Assembly: GCA_008632985.1 (NCBI GenBank)
Contig: QPGO01000085.1
Coordinates: 186,001-250,000 of the forward strand
DNA from: Psammoneis japonica
Lineage: Eukaryota
DNA length: 64,000 nt
Direction of reading: 5' to 3'
Below are positions 23,583 to 35,300 of the stretch, in pieces (position 1 is the stretch's first letter; each line of letters begins with the position of its first letter). Position numbers and translations under genes: made by a program. Under the pieces are notes generated by a model. It made no database searches. It was not told the origin of the DNA and saw only the letters and a list, made by a program, of their open reading frames with translations.

Positions 23583-25469
23583 ATGGACTCTTCCGCACGC
23601 AATACATCACCGCACAACAGTGCGATATCACTACGGAGCAACGGATCCGCCGACGTAGTTGGTTCTCTGACGCAAAAGGCGATGAAACCATCGTCGGCGG
23701 TTGAGCCATCACCGAAAGATTCTGCTGCCGTGGACCCGAATTCCTCGTATATTTCTACGTACGACGAAAAAGCTAATATGATGACGTCACTGACTCCGAC
23801 CGTGTCACATCGTGTCAAAGATATCAAGCCCTCGTGCCAACACAAAAAATCTTTCTCACCTCCCACATCAACGAAATGTCTCAACGCCCAATCCACGACC
23901 ACGCCAATGACTCAATCCAAACCCACTGTACATACTCCACTCCATCTACAAGCCCAAAATACAACAGAATGCCGTGACGAAGTACCGATACGCCATGTTT
24001 TTTCGTTCAGTCAGTCCGATCAATCTGACGAAGAAGATTCTCCGAGTAGCGATGCTTCGGATTCGGTTTCAGCTCCAAGACCTCGATTGACTCTTTCGGC
24101 TTTTCGCAGACCAGAACAAACTGTTCGTATGACACAATCAGATCCGTCACGACGTCTCTCGGAAGAGTACGACTTGAATTCTGAAACGTGCCGTATCTTG
24201 GGTCACGGAGGGTGCTCTACCGTGCGTCTTGCCATCCGTCGGTGCGACGGAGTCAAGGTGGCTGTGAAGAGAATAGCCAAACACGATGCGCTTCGTCGCA
24301 GACGAGCCAGAAGAGGCAATAGGCGACACTTGGATGAGTGGGAGATTTTGCAAAGTGTTTCTGGCAGTCCGGGTATTGTTTCGATCTTGGATGTCTTTGA
24401 AACGGACGAAGAGATCCAACTTGTTTTAGAGTACTGCCAGGGTGGCGAGTTGTTTGAAGAGATTCAGAAGCGGAGCGAGAAGCACAGTCGACGAGAAGGA
24501 CTTTACAGTGAAGAGCAAGCTGCTTGTATTATTTCTCAGATGCTCGATGCGCTTTGCCACCTGCACTCGCGAGGGATCATTCACAGGGACGTGAAGCCTG
24601 AGAATATTTTGCTGACTGAAGAGGACGATGACAACTTGGCTGTCAAGCTGTCCGATTTTGGTCTAGCTCGAGTCCTTGTCAACCAGGACGACAGCGATTC
24701 TTCCAGCAGCGACGGCGAAGCATCGCCCTACACTCCGTTGAGCCGTTCACGTGCCTACTCTTGTGTGGGCACAGACTACTACGCCGCCCCTGAAGTTTGT
24801 GCTGGTGGCGGTTACGATACTGCTGTTGACATGTACTCTTTGGGCGTAACGCTCTATGTGCTATTATGCGGGTTACCTCCATCCTACACAAGCGACTTGA
24901 GCAGCTTCAATGAAGATAGCGACAGTGACGACGATGTCTGCTCTGTTGTGTTTCCAACCGCACACTGGAAAGATGTTTCAACCAGTGCCAAGGCCCTCAT
25001 TCGAAGCATGCTTCATCCCGATCCCGCCCGAAGAATCTCCGCAGAAGACGCTCTCAAACATGAATGGATTATCAAGAACTCCAATTCCAACAAGAACTCC
25101 TCCACTTTGATTGCTCCGAGGTCACCCATTGACCTTGAGTTGGTTCGCAATAGACTGTACAAAAACATGAACCAACCTCTCGAAGAGAAGAGTCGCAAGC
25201 GACCTTTTCCAATTAAGGCGCGGTCAAGAAAGAGATGCCGCACCTCTCGAAAGTCGTCCCTCATGGCTGCCGCCGCAATGGCGGACTTGTATGAGGGAGT
25301 TGCCTCTGCCGCGGCTTGCGCGAGCGCGGCAGCTGCTGGCGTTGTTTATGATGAATACCAAGACGAAGTCAAGATTGTCGATCACGAAGACAATGTTGCA
25401 AAAGACGATGCCATGGTGGACTTTTCTCTTTTGGGAGTCACGTCGCCGTGTCCTCGTTTGACTGTATAG
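23583..25469 (+). CDS. Ser/Thr protein kinase, CAMK-like
   Basis: LGHGGCSTV, VAVK, EYCQGGELF, HRDVKPENILL, DFG, GTDYYAAPE, DMYSLGV. Confidence 0.95.
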   Translation: MDSSARNTSPHNSAISLRSNGSADVVGSLTQKAMKPSSAVEPSPKDSAAVDPNSSYISTYDEKANMMTSLTPTVSHRVKDIKPSCQHKKSFSPPTSTKCLNAQSTTTPMTQSKPTVHTPLHLQAQNTTECRDEVPIRHVFSFSQSDQSDEEDSPSSDASDSVSAPRPRLTLSAFRRPEQTVRMTQSDPSRRLSEEYDLNSETCRILGHGGCSTVRLAIRRCDGVKVAVKRIAKHDALRRRRARRGNRRHLDEWEILQSVSGSPGIVSILDVFETDEEIQLVLEYCQGGELFEEIQKRSEKHSRREGLYSEEQAACIISQMLDALCHLHSRGIIHRDVKPENILLTEEDDDNLAVKLSDFGLARVLVNQDDSDSSSSDGEASPYTPLSRSRAYSCVGTDYYAAPEVCAGGGYDTAVDMYSLGVTLYVLLCGLPPSYTSDLSSFNEDSDSDDDVCSVVFPTAHWKDVSTSAKALIRSMLHPDPARRISAEDALKHEWIIKNSNSNKNSSTLIAPRSPIDLELVRNRLYKNMNQPLEEKSRKRPFPIKARSRKRCRTSRKSSLMAAAAMADLYEGVASAAACASAAAAGVVYDEYQDEVKIVDHEDNVAKDDAMVDFSLLGVTSPCPRLTV

Positions 25470-25811
25470 TTTTTCGACCAGTGGCAGCAAACACTCTGTA
25501 CATAATATGCTGCGTTTATCAAGTTGCCACGTAGTATGACTTTCATAAATTACACCCTTACACTGACACAAGCTCTGAACTACTGATAACCTAGCTATTG
25601 TACTGTTTTAGAGAGTCAACTGCACAGCCTATTGCAAAAAGGCTAGAGAGAGGGCCCCACAGTAAGTACCTACCCGAAGCATTCGTTCCAAGAAGGTGGG
25701 AAGGTCGGCGCGGTGAGTGCTGAAGCAGAGATGAGCTGGATTACCATTTCACATTTCACGCGCACTGCTTGCGTTTTCTGGCTTCCATTTTCCATTCTGG
25801 TCGGTGGCACC

Positions 25812-27237
25812 ATGGCCGCACCACCATCGCTGAGTATTGTCCTATTCTTCCTTGTTCTCCACCTACATTCGGTTTCGAGCTTTGTAACCTACTTAGCTTT
25901 ACCCAGTATCAATTTTTGGACTAACAGAAGAGAAGCAGCTGCTTTGCTATTGCTACTAGAATCTTCATCCGCTTTGCTTCTCTCGGCTGCAGTTGAAGCG
26001 GCTACAATGTCGACAGCACTCGAAACAAAATGTGTAAAATGGGGCATTGTCGGATTGGGGTAGGATTCTCTTGTGTAAATTTGATTTCTGAAGGATGGTG
26101 CCGAAAAAAAAAACTCATGAGTTGAGTCCCATTTCTGTTTTGCTCTAATGATGCAGCGATGTGACCGCAGTCAAGGCGGGTCCGCCATTTTACAAATGCA
26201 AGGGCTCTCAATTGGTTGCTGTTATGCGACGTACTCCCGGTGCAGCCGAAGAATGGATAAAGAAAAATATGCCGACGTCCAAAGATCTGTTGCCATGCAG
26301 AGGCTACGACAATCTCCAAGACTTCTTGGACGATAATCAGCTCGAGGCTGTCTACATCGCCACTCCTCCGGGCGCACACTTGGAGGTTGCGCTCCAAGTT
26401 GCAGCCGCTGGTAAGCCAGCATATATTGAGAAACCCGTAGGGCGTTGTGGCTGGGAAACAAGAGCTATAGCAAAAGCTTTTCAAGACAAGGGCCTTCCGC
26501 TGTTCACTGCTTATGTAAGCCGTTCGTATGAAAGAACGGAAGCAATTGTATCATTGATTCGAGACCAGAAGGTTCTCGGAGATCGCATAAGTTCCATCAA
26601 GTATAAGCTGAGAGGCTCGGATATGGCCAGGGGATTGGATTGGAGTCACGGTGTGCCTTGGAGATTGAATGCCACACAATCTGGAGGTGGATTGATCATG
26701 GACGTCGGCTGTCATGTCTTGGACAGAATCGACTTCATTTGCGGTCCCATTGTCAAAGTAAAGGGGGATGCAGAAAACCGGTTTAGTCCCAATCAAGATG
26801 TGGAAGACTTTGTGCGGCTTCAGGGTGAGATTGGTCCTTCATCGTGGGCTGTAATACCTAGTGAGGGGGCAAAAGTTGAGTGTGCCTGGGACTTCAGCGC
26901 AAGTGAATCCCCTCTTGATGAATTCGTAATAGCTGGTCCAGATGGTTCCCTGAAAATGGCAGCCATGAGCCCATATTTACCAGTGTCGATAATTGGATCC
27001 GATGGAAGTGTGTCAAAAGAAATCACATTCGAGGCACCACAACATGCTGCTCAACCTTTGATCCAGCAAATTACCAATGAGCTTCTTGGCATACCTGATG
27101 CACGATCCCCGTCTCGTCAAGACAATGCAATGCGCACGTCCGTAGTCCTTGATCTGGTCTTGGACTCCTACTACGGTGGTCGTCAAGATGAATTTTGGTC
27201 TCGGCCTGGTACGTGGCCTGGAAGGAAAGAGGCGTGA
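25812..27237 (+). CDS. Gfo/Idh/MocA family oxidoreductase; intron 26060-26156
   Basis: WGIVGLGDV after splicing, VYIATPPGAH, YIEKP, GGGLIMDVGCH; N-terminal signal-like peptide. Confidence 0.9.
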
Positions 27238-27401
27238 AGACATCCGGAGCAGTTCTGGATGATTCAGCTGGCGTACAGGAGAAGTAGAATTATTTGATTG
27301 AATCTTACGAGCTGAAAGCAATGCTCGTTTGTTTTGGGTGGGAGTTTTGCTATATTGAAAGGAGCTAGAGGTGAATACCTTGAAGACGTGTCATGAATAG
27401 C

Positions 27402-29531
27402 TCAAGTCTTAGGAATTTGAGATGCTTCTCGAGGAACAATTTTCAACGACGTCTCTTGACGCCATTTTTGACGCCACTGCTTGTTCTTGTTATTCAATTG
27501 CAGTGCCTTACAGACGCTTGTACATTTGTGGGTGTTAAAGAAGAGTTTCATTCCCGCTCTTCCTTTGTCGGTTCTGCCGTAGACCATCTCTCTTCCTCGT
27601 TTTGAATTGTAATGAATCGCCGGGTCGGTGAGCTCGAAGGTTGGCGGCACGGCGTCGACGTTGTACACTCCTTGCAAATCGCACACCATGACCTTTTGGT
27701 TGGTATATCGATACGTGAAGTGTGTAAAGGCCTGCAGGTAGTCTGATGGCTTTACAGTTCTTTGCTCCTGATGACCAACCTCTTCGTTCTCCTCGTCAAT
27801 GTCTAAATCGCTAACCTCAGACTCTTCGTCTTCAGAATCCCCCTCAAGTATGGCATCGAGGCTTCCATCCCTATTGATCTTGTCGAATTCACGGTCGACA
27901 TCTATGGGAATATGGGCGACGCGACCTCCAACAGTACCGGCATTGTCATTCCACTTACACCAGCCGTATTTCTCAGTGTCCAACATCTTTTCAACAAGGA
28001 CCCCACGTCTGCCTTCAGGCCACTGGTCATCCTCCAAAAGAAGCACTGAACACTGAAGGAACGATATGCAGGGTGTCGTGGTCTCGTTGTTGCTAGGAAG
28101 AGCATTAAGACGGCGATTGAACTCATCAGCAAGAGACGCAGCAAGACTCTGCGTTTCCAGAAAGCATAGATGAAAGAGAACATTTTCTTCGATGCGCTCA
28201 ACATGCATCGTCTCTTTGGCTACCATGGCTCCAAATCGAAAGCCAGTATCCTCCTCATTGTCTGCAAGTTGACAACGAAAGGCTACTCGCTCAACACCGG
28301 AATCGAACACCTTTGTACTAATCGCCAGCAAAGGAGGGCGTCGTGCTACTTCGGTCGAGCAGTAGTCCACAATCGCCCCCGGTGGAAGTCCCACGTTCTC
28401 AACGAAGTCGTTATGCTTTGGATCAACTGTGTAGTGATTGATGATCTTGTGATACCGCAGACGTGGAAGGCCTTCTTCTCTATCGAAGTTTCTTCTTGTG
28501 CGGCCAGTGCCTATCCTCCCCATAAGTGAAGTTCTCGACGCGGTGATGCTTGTTGCAAGGCTCGTCAAAGCTCTGCCGATTGCATTAGGCAGCTTCTCAC
28601 AATACAAGAATTCCGCCGTCGCATCCGTTGGTGCGTCATTGACAGCGTTCGCCATTGCTTCGAGGACTGAGAAGTCTTGGAGCTCGTTTCCAAAACCAAC
28701 CATTTTTACCTGCAGCTGGCTCCCGAACCTGGATGCGACTTCCTCCATTCTCTGACACATGCGCCGCTGTGCCGCCATCGGAGTGAGATTCAGATGCCGA
28801 GCATCTGTCGGCGCTCCATCAGATAGGAAAAAGACGGACAGAACGCAGGTCTCATTATATTCCTCCAGGAGTAGACTTTCAACTAAATCAAGAGCGGGTA
28901 GATAGTTGCTGTCGTTGCAGGGCGTGTCCGCCATTCTGGCATTTTCGCGGATCTTGAATATTTTGTCATTCTGGCGTGAAAGCAACAGGTTATAAAGTAC
29001 CCAACTGACTGGCTCTCGTGCGAATACAATGCTTGATGAGTTACTGAACTCAACAAGTGAAACTACGTCGCTGTTGTTTGCTGTTCCATTTGCTAGTTGT
29101 GCTGCGACAAACTCAAGTGCAATGGTAGAGTATGCGGCTACCTGTCTGTCCCTGTGCATTGGAATATCATGGGTGCCCATCGATCCGCTGTTATCGACCA
29201 CGAGAATTGTATGCGATTTGCTAAGATGTGGCTTGAGGTCAAGTACATGTTTTGCTTTGATATGGTCGTCCATTTTTTCATTGTCAAGTTTAACCATCTT
29301 GAGTGGCGCTGCATATGCGGTTACTTCGTGCCTTAGGCTATCGTTTGTGATGAAAACGATGCCATCATGTTCAATTTTCCACCTGTTGCCCCAGCAACGC
29401 TCACGCCGTCCGTACTTTATGGCCTTCTGCAAATCTCTTTTTGAAATGTCGCGTTGTTTTCGCCGCATACGACCATGTTCTGAAGAAAGAATTGATACCA
29501 CGCTGGTCTGCTTGTTCTTGTGTGGTCCCAT
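27402..29531 (-). CDS. vWA domain + alpha-kinase (MHCK/eEF2K family) with N-terminal DUF4258-like domain
   Basis: VVDNSGSM (MIDAS) and FLSDG; alpha-kinase motifs VAKE, KWNDNAG, QAFTHFTY, CDLQGV, LTDPAIH, FFNTHKCTSVC. Confidence 0.92.
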   Translation of the reverse strand: MGPHKNKQTSVVSILSSEHGRMRRKQRDISKRDLQKAIKYGRRERCWGNRWKIEHDGIVFITNDSLRHEVTAYAAPLKMVKLDNEKMDDHIKAKHVLDLKPHLSKSHTILVVDNSGSMGTHDIPMHRDRQVAAYSTIALEFVAAQLANGTANNSDVVSLVEFSNSSSIVFAREPVSWVLYNLLLSRQNDKIFKIRENARMADTPCNDSNYLPALDLVESLLLEEYNETCVLSVFFLSDGAPTDARHLNLTPMAAQRRMCQRMEEVASRFGSQLQVKMVGFGNELQDFSVLEAMANAVNDAPTDATAEFLYCEKLPNAIGRALTSLATSITASRTSLMGRIGTGRTRRNFDREEGLPRLRYHKIINHYTVDPKHNDFVENVGLPPGAIVDYCSTEVARRPPLLAISTKVFDSGVERVAFRCQLADNEEDTGFRFGAMVAKETMHVERIEENVLFHLCFLETQSLAASLADEFNRRLNALPSNNETTTPCISFLQCSVLLLEDDQWPEGRRGVLVEKMLDTEKYGWCKWNDNAGTVGGRVAHIPIDVDREFDKINRDGSLDAILEGDSEDEESEVSDLDIDEENEEVGHQEQRTVKPSDYLQAFTHFTYRYTNQKVMVCDLQGVYNVDAVPPTFELTDPAIHYNSKRGREMVYGRTDKGRAGMKLFFNTHKCTSVCKALQLNNKNKQWRQKWRQETSLKIVPREASQIPKT

Positions 29532-29546
29532 GGCTTTGTATCAACA

Positions 29547-29816
29547 AAGAAGGCAATTTGCCCGATTTGCTAAGCTTCATTTGAGAGAGCAGAAAGTTGT
29601 CACACGAGTTGATCACTTCAAAGCATGGTAACTCTCTATGGTAGCAGGCAGTTCAGCCAATGAGGTAACTCCACGAAAAATTCAAAAGTACTGGGGCTCT
29701 AGTAAGTAGAGTAGCTCTACTAGCTAGAGTACCACCGAGCTAGCATTCGAACCCTAGGAGGGAACAGGGAGTTTTTTGAGATTCGGAAATAGCAACTCTC
29801 TACTAGCTAGAGCTCT
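29547..29816. repeat. Upstream region of the alpha-kinase gene; unmutated copy A of a ~270-bp direct repeat
   Basis: Aligns with 31684-31955; gttgtcacacgagttgatcacttcaaagcatgg is identical in both. Confidence 0.9.
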
Positions 29817-29879
29817 ATCTTACAAGTAGCTAAGGTAGGAGCTACCAGTTCGGATATTTATCCAACTATTCGATAAATA

Positions 29880-31660
29880 GCAGGCACAACAACGTTGGCC
29901 GAAGTCAGGAGAGGGGCTTTCGCGGTGGCTTCATCAGCGGCCGGCTCAGGCATGGGTTCATCGCTTTCTTGTAGAGAGTGGTGTGAATGCGCGATCCTCG
30001 GAGTGTCATCGTGAGGTCCATGAAATCCACTGTCAGGGATCTTGGACTTGCTACCCACGTGATTTCAAAGTCATTGAGTCTGGAGGTAAAAGCTTCCCAA
30101 CGTGGTGCATCAGTGGCAGGGTCGGCAATGTGCCAGATGCTGAGTGCCTCATCACAATTAATCATTCGCAGTTGACAAGGTTGGGGCCAAACTCCTCCAG
30201 GAGCATGTCCTCATGGATGGCACAATGCAAGGTGGCATGCGGGGGCGCTGGTGGTGTGCCCATGGTGGTCCCGTTGCGTTGGTGCCAGGTGGTGCCACTG
30301 AAGGTGAAGACATTGTTCTTCACAACAATTCAGAGGGCTTCAATCAGTGCTTCAATTGGCAAATTTTTGTGGACTGTTCATGTCATCAGAGGCAAAGTGC
30401 AATCTCTCAAAGTGCTCTGGTGGTGGGTGTGTTCAAATGACAAGCCTCAGCATCAGATGTGAACAGGAGGCAATTTGGTGGCATTTGCAGTTGGACCAGT
30501 TCATTCTTGAGGTCCAGGGAGCTCTTGAAATGAGACCATTGTTTGCGAGCAACTTGTTGGAGCTGGTCATCTGCCCAAACCCCCAGGCCATGCAGCAGGC
30601 CACCGCTTGTAGAGATGATCAGTTGGGGTTGCAGCGGCGGGGATTTGTGAACCTTCAAGGTCATGCAGAAGACAGAAAAGGGGGTTTTGTTGGCGTCAGT
30701 GAGGTTTTTCAGAAACTCATGTTCCATGGTGGTAAGATCTCCTTTGCATTTGTTGATCCAATTGCCAATGAGTTTTTTTAAGTCAGCGCTCTTGTGCAGC
30801 GGCTTCGAATGTGCTTGAGTGTCGGCATGTGGTGTTGTTGCCAAGGTGGTCACAAAAAGCCATTTTGATGTGCTCCATTGTTTCAACAATGGTTGGTCCC
30901 AGGTTTTTGTCACACTGGGCAATTACGAAGTCATCCTGTTTGCACAGGCAGGAAAGAGCACGTCGTTGGCACAAGGCAGCAGGTTGGTTCTTCCTGGTTT
31001 TTTGGCAAAGTGCTGTGCAAGTCTGGCTTTGAAGTTGGTGCATCTGCACTTGACAGCATCAGAGAGCTTCCAGGGTGGTGGTGTCCAGGAAGACTTGGCA
31101 TGCATTGTTGGGTTGCAGTCTCCGCCATCGTCAATGGCGGCATTGGCAAAGCAGCCTCACTCATCTGGAGACCTTTGCTTGAATTGTCCAAGTGAGTTCT
31201 CTTGCATCTTGATGGACTTGCCACTGCTGGCACAGCATGGTGTTGGGACAAATTTTGGGCTGAGGCTGAGCAGTGGTTGGAGGTTGCGTGGTGGCTGAAG
31301 TGCAGCAGTGTGCAATCATGGAAAGCAAGATGATGTGGCCTGCTCCTGAAGCAATGTCATGCTGGCGTGTCACCAAGGTGGGTGAACAAGGCAAGGCATT
31401 GTGTCGCAGTGCTCTTGAGGGATCAGCAGCAACAAATCTGCAGGTTCGGCAGATGTGCTGACAGACGATGAGCTCTGGCACCTGCTCTGATTGTCAGTTG
31501 AGTGCTGCTTCCTCTTTTCTGTGATTGCTGCTTCAATTTTGACGAGCGGTGATGCTTGCTTTTGGAGGTGCTGGTGGTGTGTTTGTTGGCATCATTGGCT
31601 TTGTGGTGTGGTTAAGGGTGGGGTTTCTTCAGGCGATCCGATGTGACACTTTTGCCTTTT
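29880..31660 (-). mobile_element. Decayed Penelope-like retroelement (RT; GIY-YIG part not seen)
   Basis: CDKNLGP, FCMTLKVHKSPPLQPQLIIS, LFTSDAEA, GTTMGTPPAP, VDFMDLTM..IHTTLYKKAMN are Penelope RT motifs; adjacent hammerhead motif. Confidence 0.85.
29897..29942 (-). ncRNA. Minimal type I hammerhead ribozyme motif, Penelope-associated
   Basis: Minus strand reads ggccg CTGATGA a gc cacc gc GAAA gcc..gac TT cggcc. It has both core boxes, a 5-bp stem I, a 2-bp stem II and a weak stem III. Confidence 0.6.
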
Positions 31661-31683
31661 TTGTGATGCGACACCCATGAACG

Positions 31684-31955
31684 AAGAAGGCGATTTGCCC
31701 GAGCTTGCAAACTTCATCAGACAGCAGAATGTTGTCACACGAGTTGATCACTTCAAAGCATGGCAACTCTCTGCTTGCAGTGGCAAGCAATTCTCAGCCA
31801 ATGAGGCAGCTCCAAAAAAATTCAAAAGCACTGGGTCTGGCAAGCAGAGTGGCTTTGCCAGCTCTGGCTGGAGCACCGCCGAGCTGGCATTTGAAGCTCA
31901 GAGGAACAGAGTTTTTTGAGATTTGAAACAGCAACTCTCCGCTAGCCAGAGCTCT
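31684..31955. repeat. Hypermutated copy B of the alpha-kinase upstream region
   Basis: Same sequence as 29547-29816 with nearly every TA changed to TG or CA. Confidence 0.9.
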
Positions 31956-32330
31956 CTCTCTCTCTCTCTCCCTCTCTAGTAGAGGGTTACTCTAGAGCTA
32001 GAGTAGAGAGTGGCAGAGAGAGATGAACACGGATGGACGACTCTCGAATCAATCTTGAATGATCTTGAATTTTTTGGCGCAGTCGTACAAAAAACGCATG
32101 GAATCAGCAAAATTTTTAATTCTATTCCTCATGTTCATATGTCAAAAATGTCAACGCGGATAATGATAATATTCACACATTTATGTTATGATCGAAAAAT
32201 TTAGTATCAGATTTCCTGTTTACTATTTTTCCCTCCAATGAGGTGCAAGCCACAAGACCGAAACCGCTTACGTGTAACCAATAACCTCCAGAAGTCCTAT
32301 TCGACCATTATTCGACCGGGATAGTAGACA

Positions 32331-35300
32331 ATGGCCTCCAACAAGTCGTTGTCAAGACGTGGTGGGCATCAATCTGATAGCATGTTGTATGAGACCCCTT
32401 TCGATGAGGTTCCTGACGATGAATTCTCTAGTCCGAAGGGACCCAAGAACAGGTCCGGTCGATCAACGTTGATGAAGAAAGTTTTGCGACCAAGTGACCT
32501 GAAGAAGAACAACAACAAGAAGAAAACGTCTCGTTGGGTTGAAGAGGATGAGATCCCCGATGATGAAAAAATGGGTCTTCGTCCCAAGAAACACAAAGAA
32601 GATTTCTCCGAAAGAGATCATATTGCCATTACCGAAGCGATTTCAATGACTCAAACTTTAACAGCGGACATGACCGAATCGTCGATTGAGACGGAGGAGG
32701 ACATTCTTGCGGATAAAGCTGACAGTTCTTCTGACGAAGATGGCGCAGACGCCTCAGCGAAGATTGCGGAATTGGAGCGATTGAAAGCTGAACGAGAAGC
32801 AAAGCTCATGGAACTTAACGCGTTAAGAGCGAAAGCTGTAGCCGGTTCTCGGGGGCGAACTGAGACCAACCGCTGGGCGGAGGCCGAGACCAACGAAAGG
32901 AAAAAGAAAGAGCCCTATGCCGAAGCCAATGCCATGGCAGTAGAAGGCGTTGAGACGGAGTACAACGCTTATTCATTTGATAAATCGGCTGGTGCTCAAG
33001 CCGAATCTTCTAGAGTGGCCGCCATACTTGCGAGAGCCAAATCCAAGCGGAAGGTGAAAGTAGATAAAGAGGCACTCAGGACTGCACAGAAAGAGGAAGA
33101 GGATAGAAAATCGAGAGTAAGAGCTGAAGCTGTGGCTCTCTTGGAGACTCGTGAGGCCCTCCAGAAGAAAGAAGTCCAAGCGAGTGCTCTGAAGCAGGAG
33201 GAAATGGCAAGAGCAAGATCACTCGCCGAAGCTGAAGCTAAGGCCAAGGCGTTGGAAGAAGCCGAGGCGAAGTCCAGGGCGGAAGCACTTACGAAAGCGA
33301 GAGCATCAGCTGAGGCCCAAGCGGAAGCGTCTAGAGTGGCGATCTTACTGGCTCAGGCGAAATCCAAGGCAACCTTGACAGGTGAAGAGGCAGCACCACG
33401 GCAGGCTCTCGATAGTGCGAGTTTATCAGATGAAGATGGAGGTCTATCGGATAAGGATGGAAGGTTATCAAATGAGGATACAGCAATATCAGACGATGAT
33501 GGAACGTTATCAAACGAGGATGCAGAATTTTCAGACGAGGCTGAAGCTCGGGAAGAGGAGCAATTTCGACTTCAGAGAAAGAAAGAGGAAGATTTTGATT
33601 CCAGAAAGCTTCAAAGAAAAAAGGAGGAAGATTCCAGGAAGCTTCTTGTGAAAAACTTCCTACCAGCAGTGAATGAAAAGCCAGAAGAAGAAGATCGTTC
33701 GCACGCCCAGTCAGACGACGACCAAGAGTCTACTTACGATCGTGCTGCGATGAGTGACCCTGCTCTTTTGAGCATTCTTGGTGAATATAATCCTGGCATG
33801 TCTTCAACTCGATCAGATAGAGGGGCGTCACCTTTGAAAGATCCTGCTGCTGGTGACATTGAGAGTCAGACGGGCAAAACGAGAGACCGCAGTTTAGACG
33901 AGCATGTCTCTCTAGCGCCTCTCACCGTTCCGCCACCGGTTGCCAAATCTGATTCCCCTCCTTCTGATGAAAAGGATCAATCTAGTGGTAAAACGTTTCT
34001 TGGTTTGAGTGGAAGACGTCGGCAGTATGCCATTATCGGTATTGTTCTTCTCGCTCTACTCGCTTTAATTCTTATCATTTGCGGCGCAGCGGGAGTCTTC
34101 TCCAAAGACAATGGCGGTTTTGACCCATCTACCGCTGCGAACGCCCCCCCTGATTCTGGTGAGAACTCTAGTGTGACACCGGTAGTCACACCGAGTCCAT
34201 CGCCTGGAAGTACTCCAAGTCCGACGCCTGGAGCTACAAGTTCTCCGCGTCCGACACCAAGACCGACTTTCGCGGCACGTCCTCCGACACCACGACCGAC
34301 TTTCGCGACACCTCCTCCCACGTTACCACGGGATCAGGGTCTTCGAGCCTTGATTGCCTCTCTCTCCGTTGATGGGGGCGAGGCTCTGGGCGTTGTTGGG
34401 TCGCCGCAGGCTTGGGCCTTGGACTGGCTCGTGAATACTGATCCGGCAGCTCTGGATCCTAGTGACACTTCAGAACCAAACCAGCGCAGAATATCTCAGC
34501 GTTATGCCTTGGCTACACTTTGGATTCAGGTGGTTCAGGTTGGACCGACAGTTCAAATTGGCTCTCTGCTGACGAGTGTTCTTGGGCTGGAGTTACATGT
34601 GATGCTGGCGCAGTTGTGGAGCTGAACCTCAACGAGAACGGGCTTTCGGGGCCTTTAAACAACGAGTTGTCGATGTTGGATAAGCTGACTGTCTTGAACC
34701 TATCCGATAATGAGATCCCGGGAGCAATACCAGATTCTCTCTGGTCACTCTCTGAGCTTCGGGTGCTTGACTTGTCGAATAACAACCTGAATGGAATTCT
34801 GTCGCCATTAATCAGCGGATTAGGAAATGCAGGTAAATACCAAGTCGACGACTCGCACTTTGTCTGTGTATGTACCGTTCATTCTTTTCTAATTGGTACC
34901 TGTAATCCTATCACAGTTCGAATCTCCGTCGCAAGAAACAGTATGTCAGGGCGTTTACCCCGTACAATTGGATTTCTGAATAACGTTGGTAGGTATTGCT
35001 ATTTCTTTTTCAAATCGGAGCACGGCATTTTCCTCACTTATTATTTTTTCGTCGTCATAGTTGAGTTGGAGTTGCACGAGAACAGTTTCACGGGCCCAGT
35101 GTTAGGCGAGTTAGGCAATCTGTCATCTCTAAGTAAGTTACAATTTACAGACGTGATGCTGGAGGAGTTTGATCCCGACGAACTTGCGCTAACTGTTGCT
35201 ACCGCAGCTCTTCTTGATCTCTATAGCAATTCATTCAGTGGGACCATTCCATCAGAACTGGGAAAATTGCAGCGCTTGAGTAAGTGACAGAAAAGTCAGA

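Noticed and set aside
29547..31955. Penelope pLTR pair
   Set aside because: The repeat is the host alpha-kinase upstream region and does not include the hammerhead motif.
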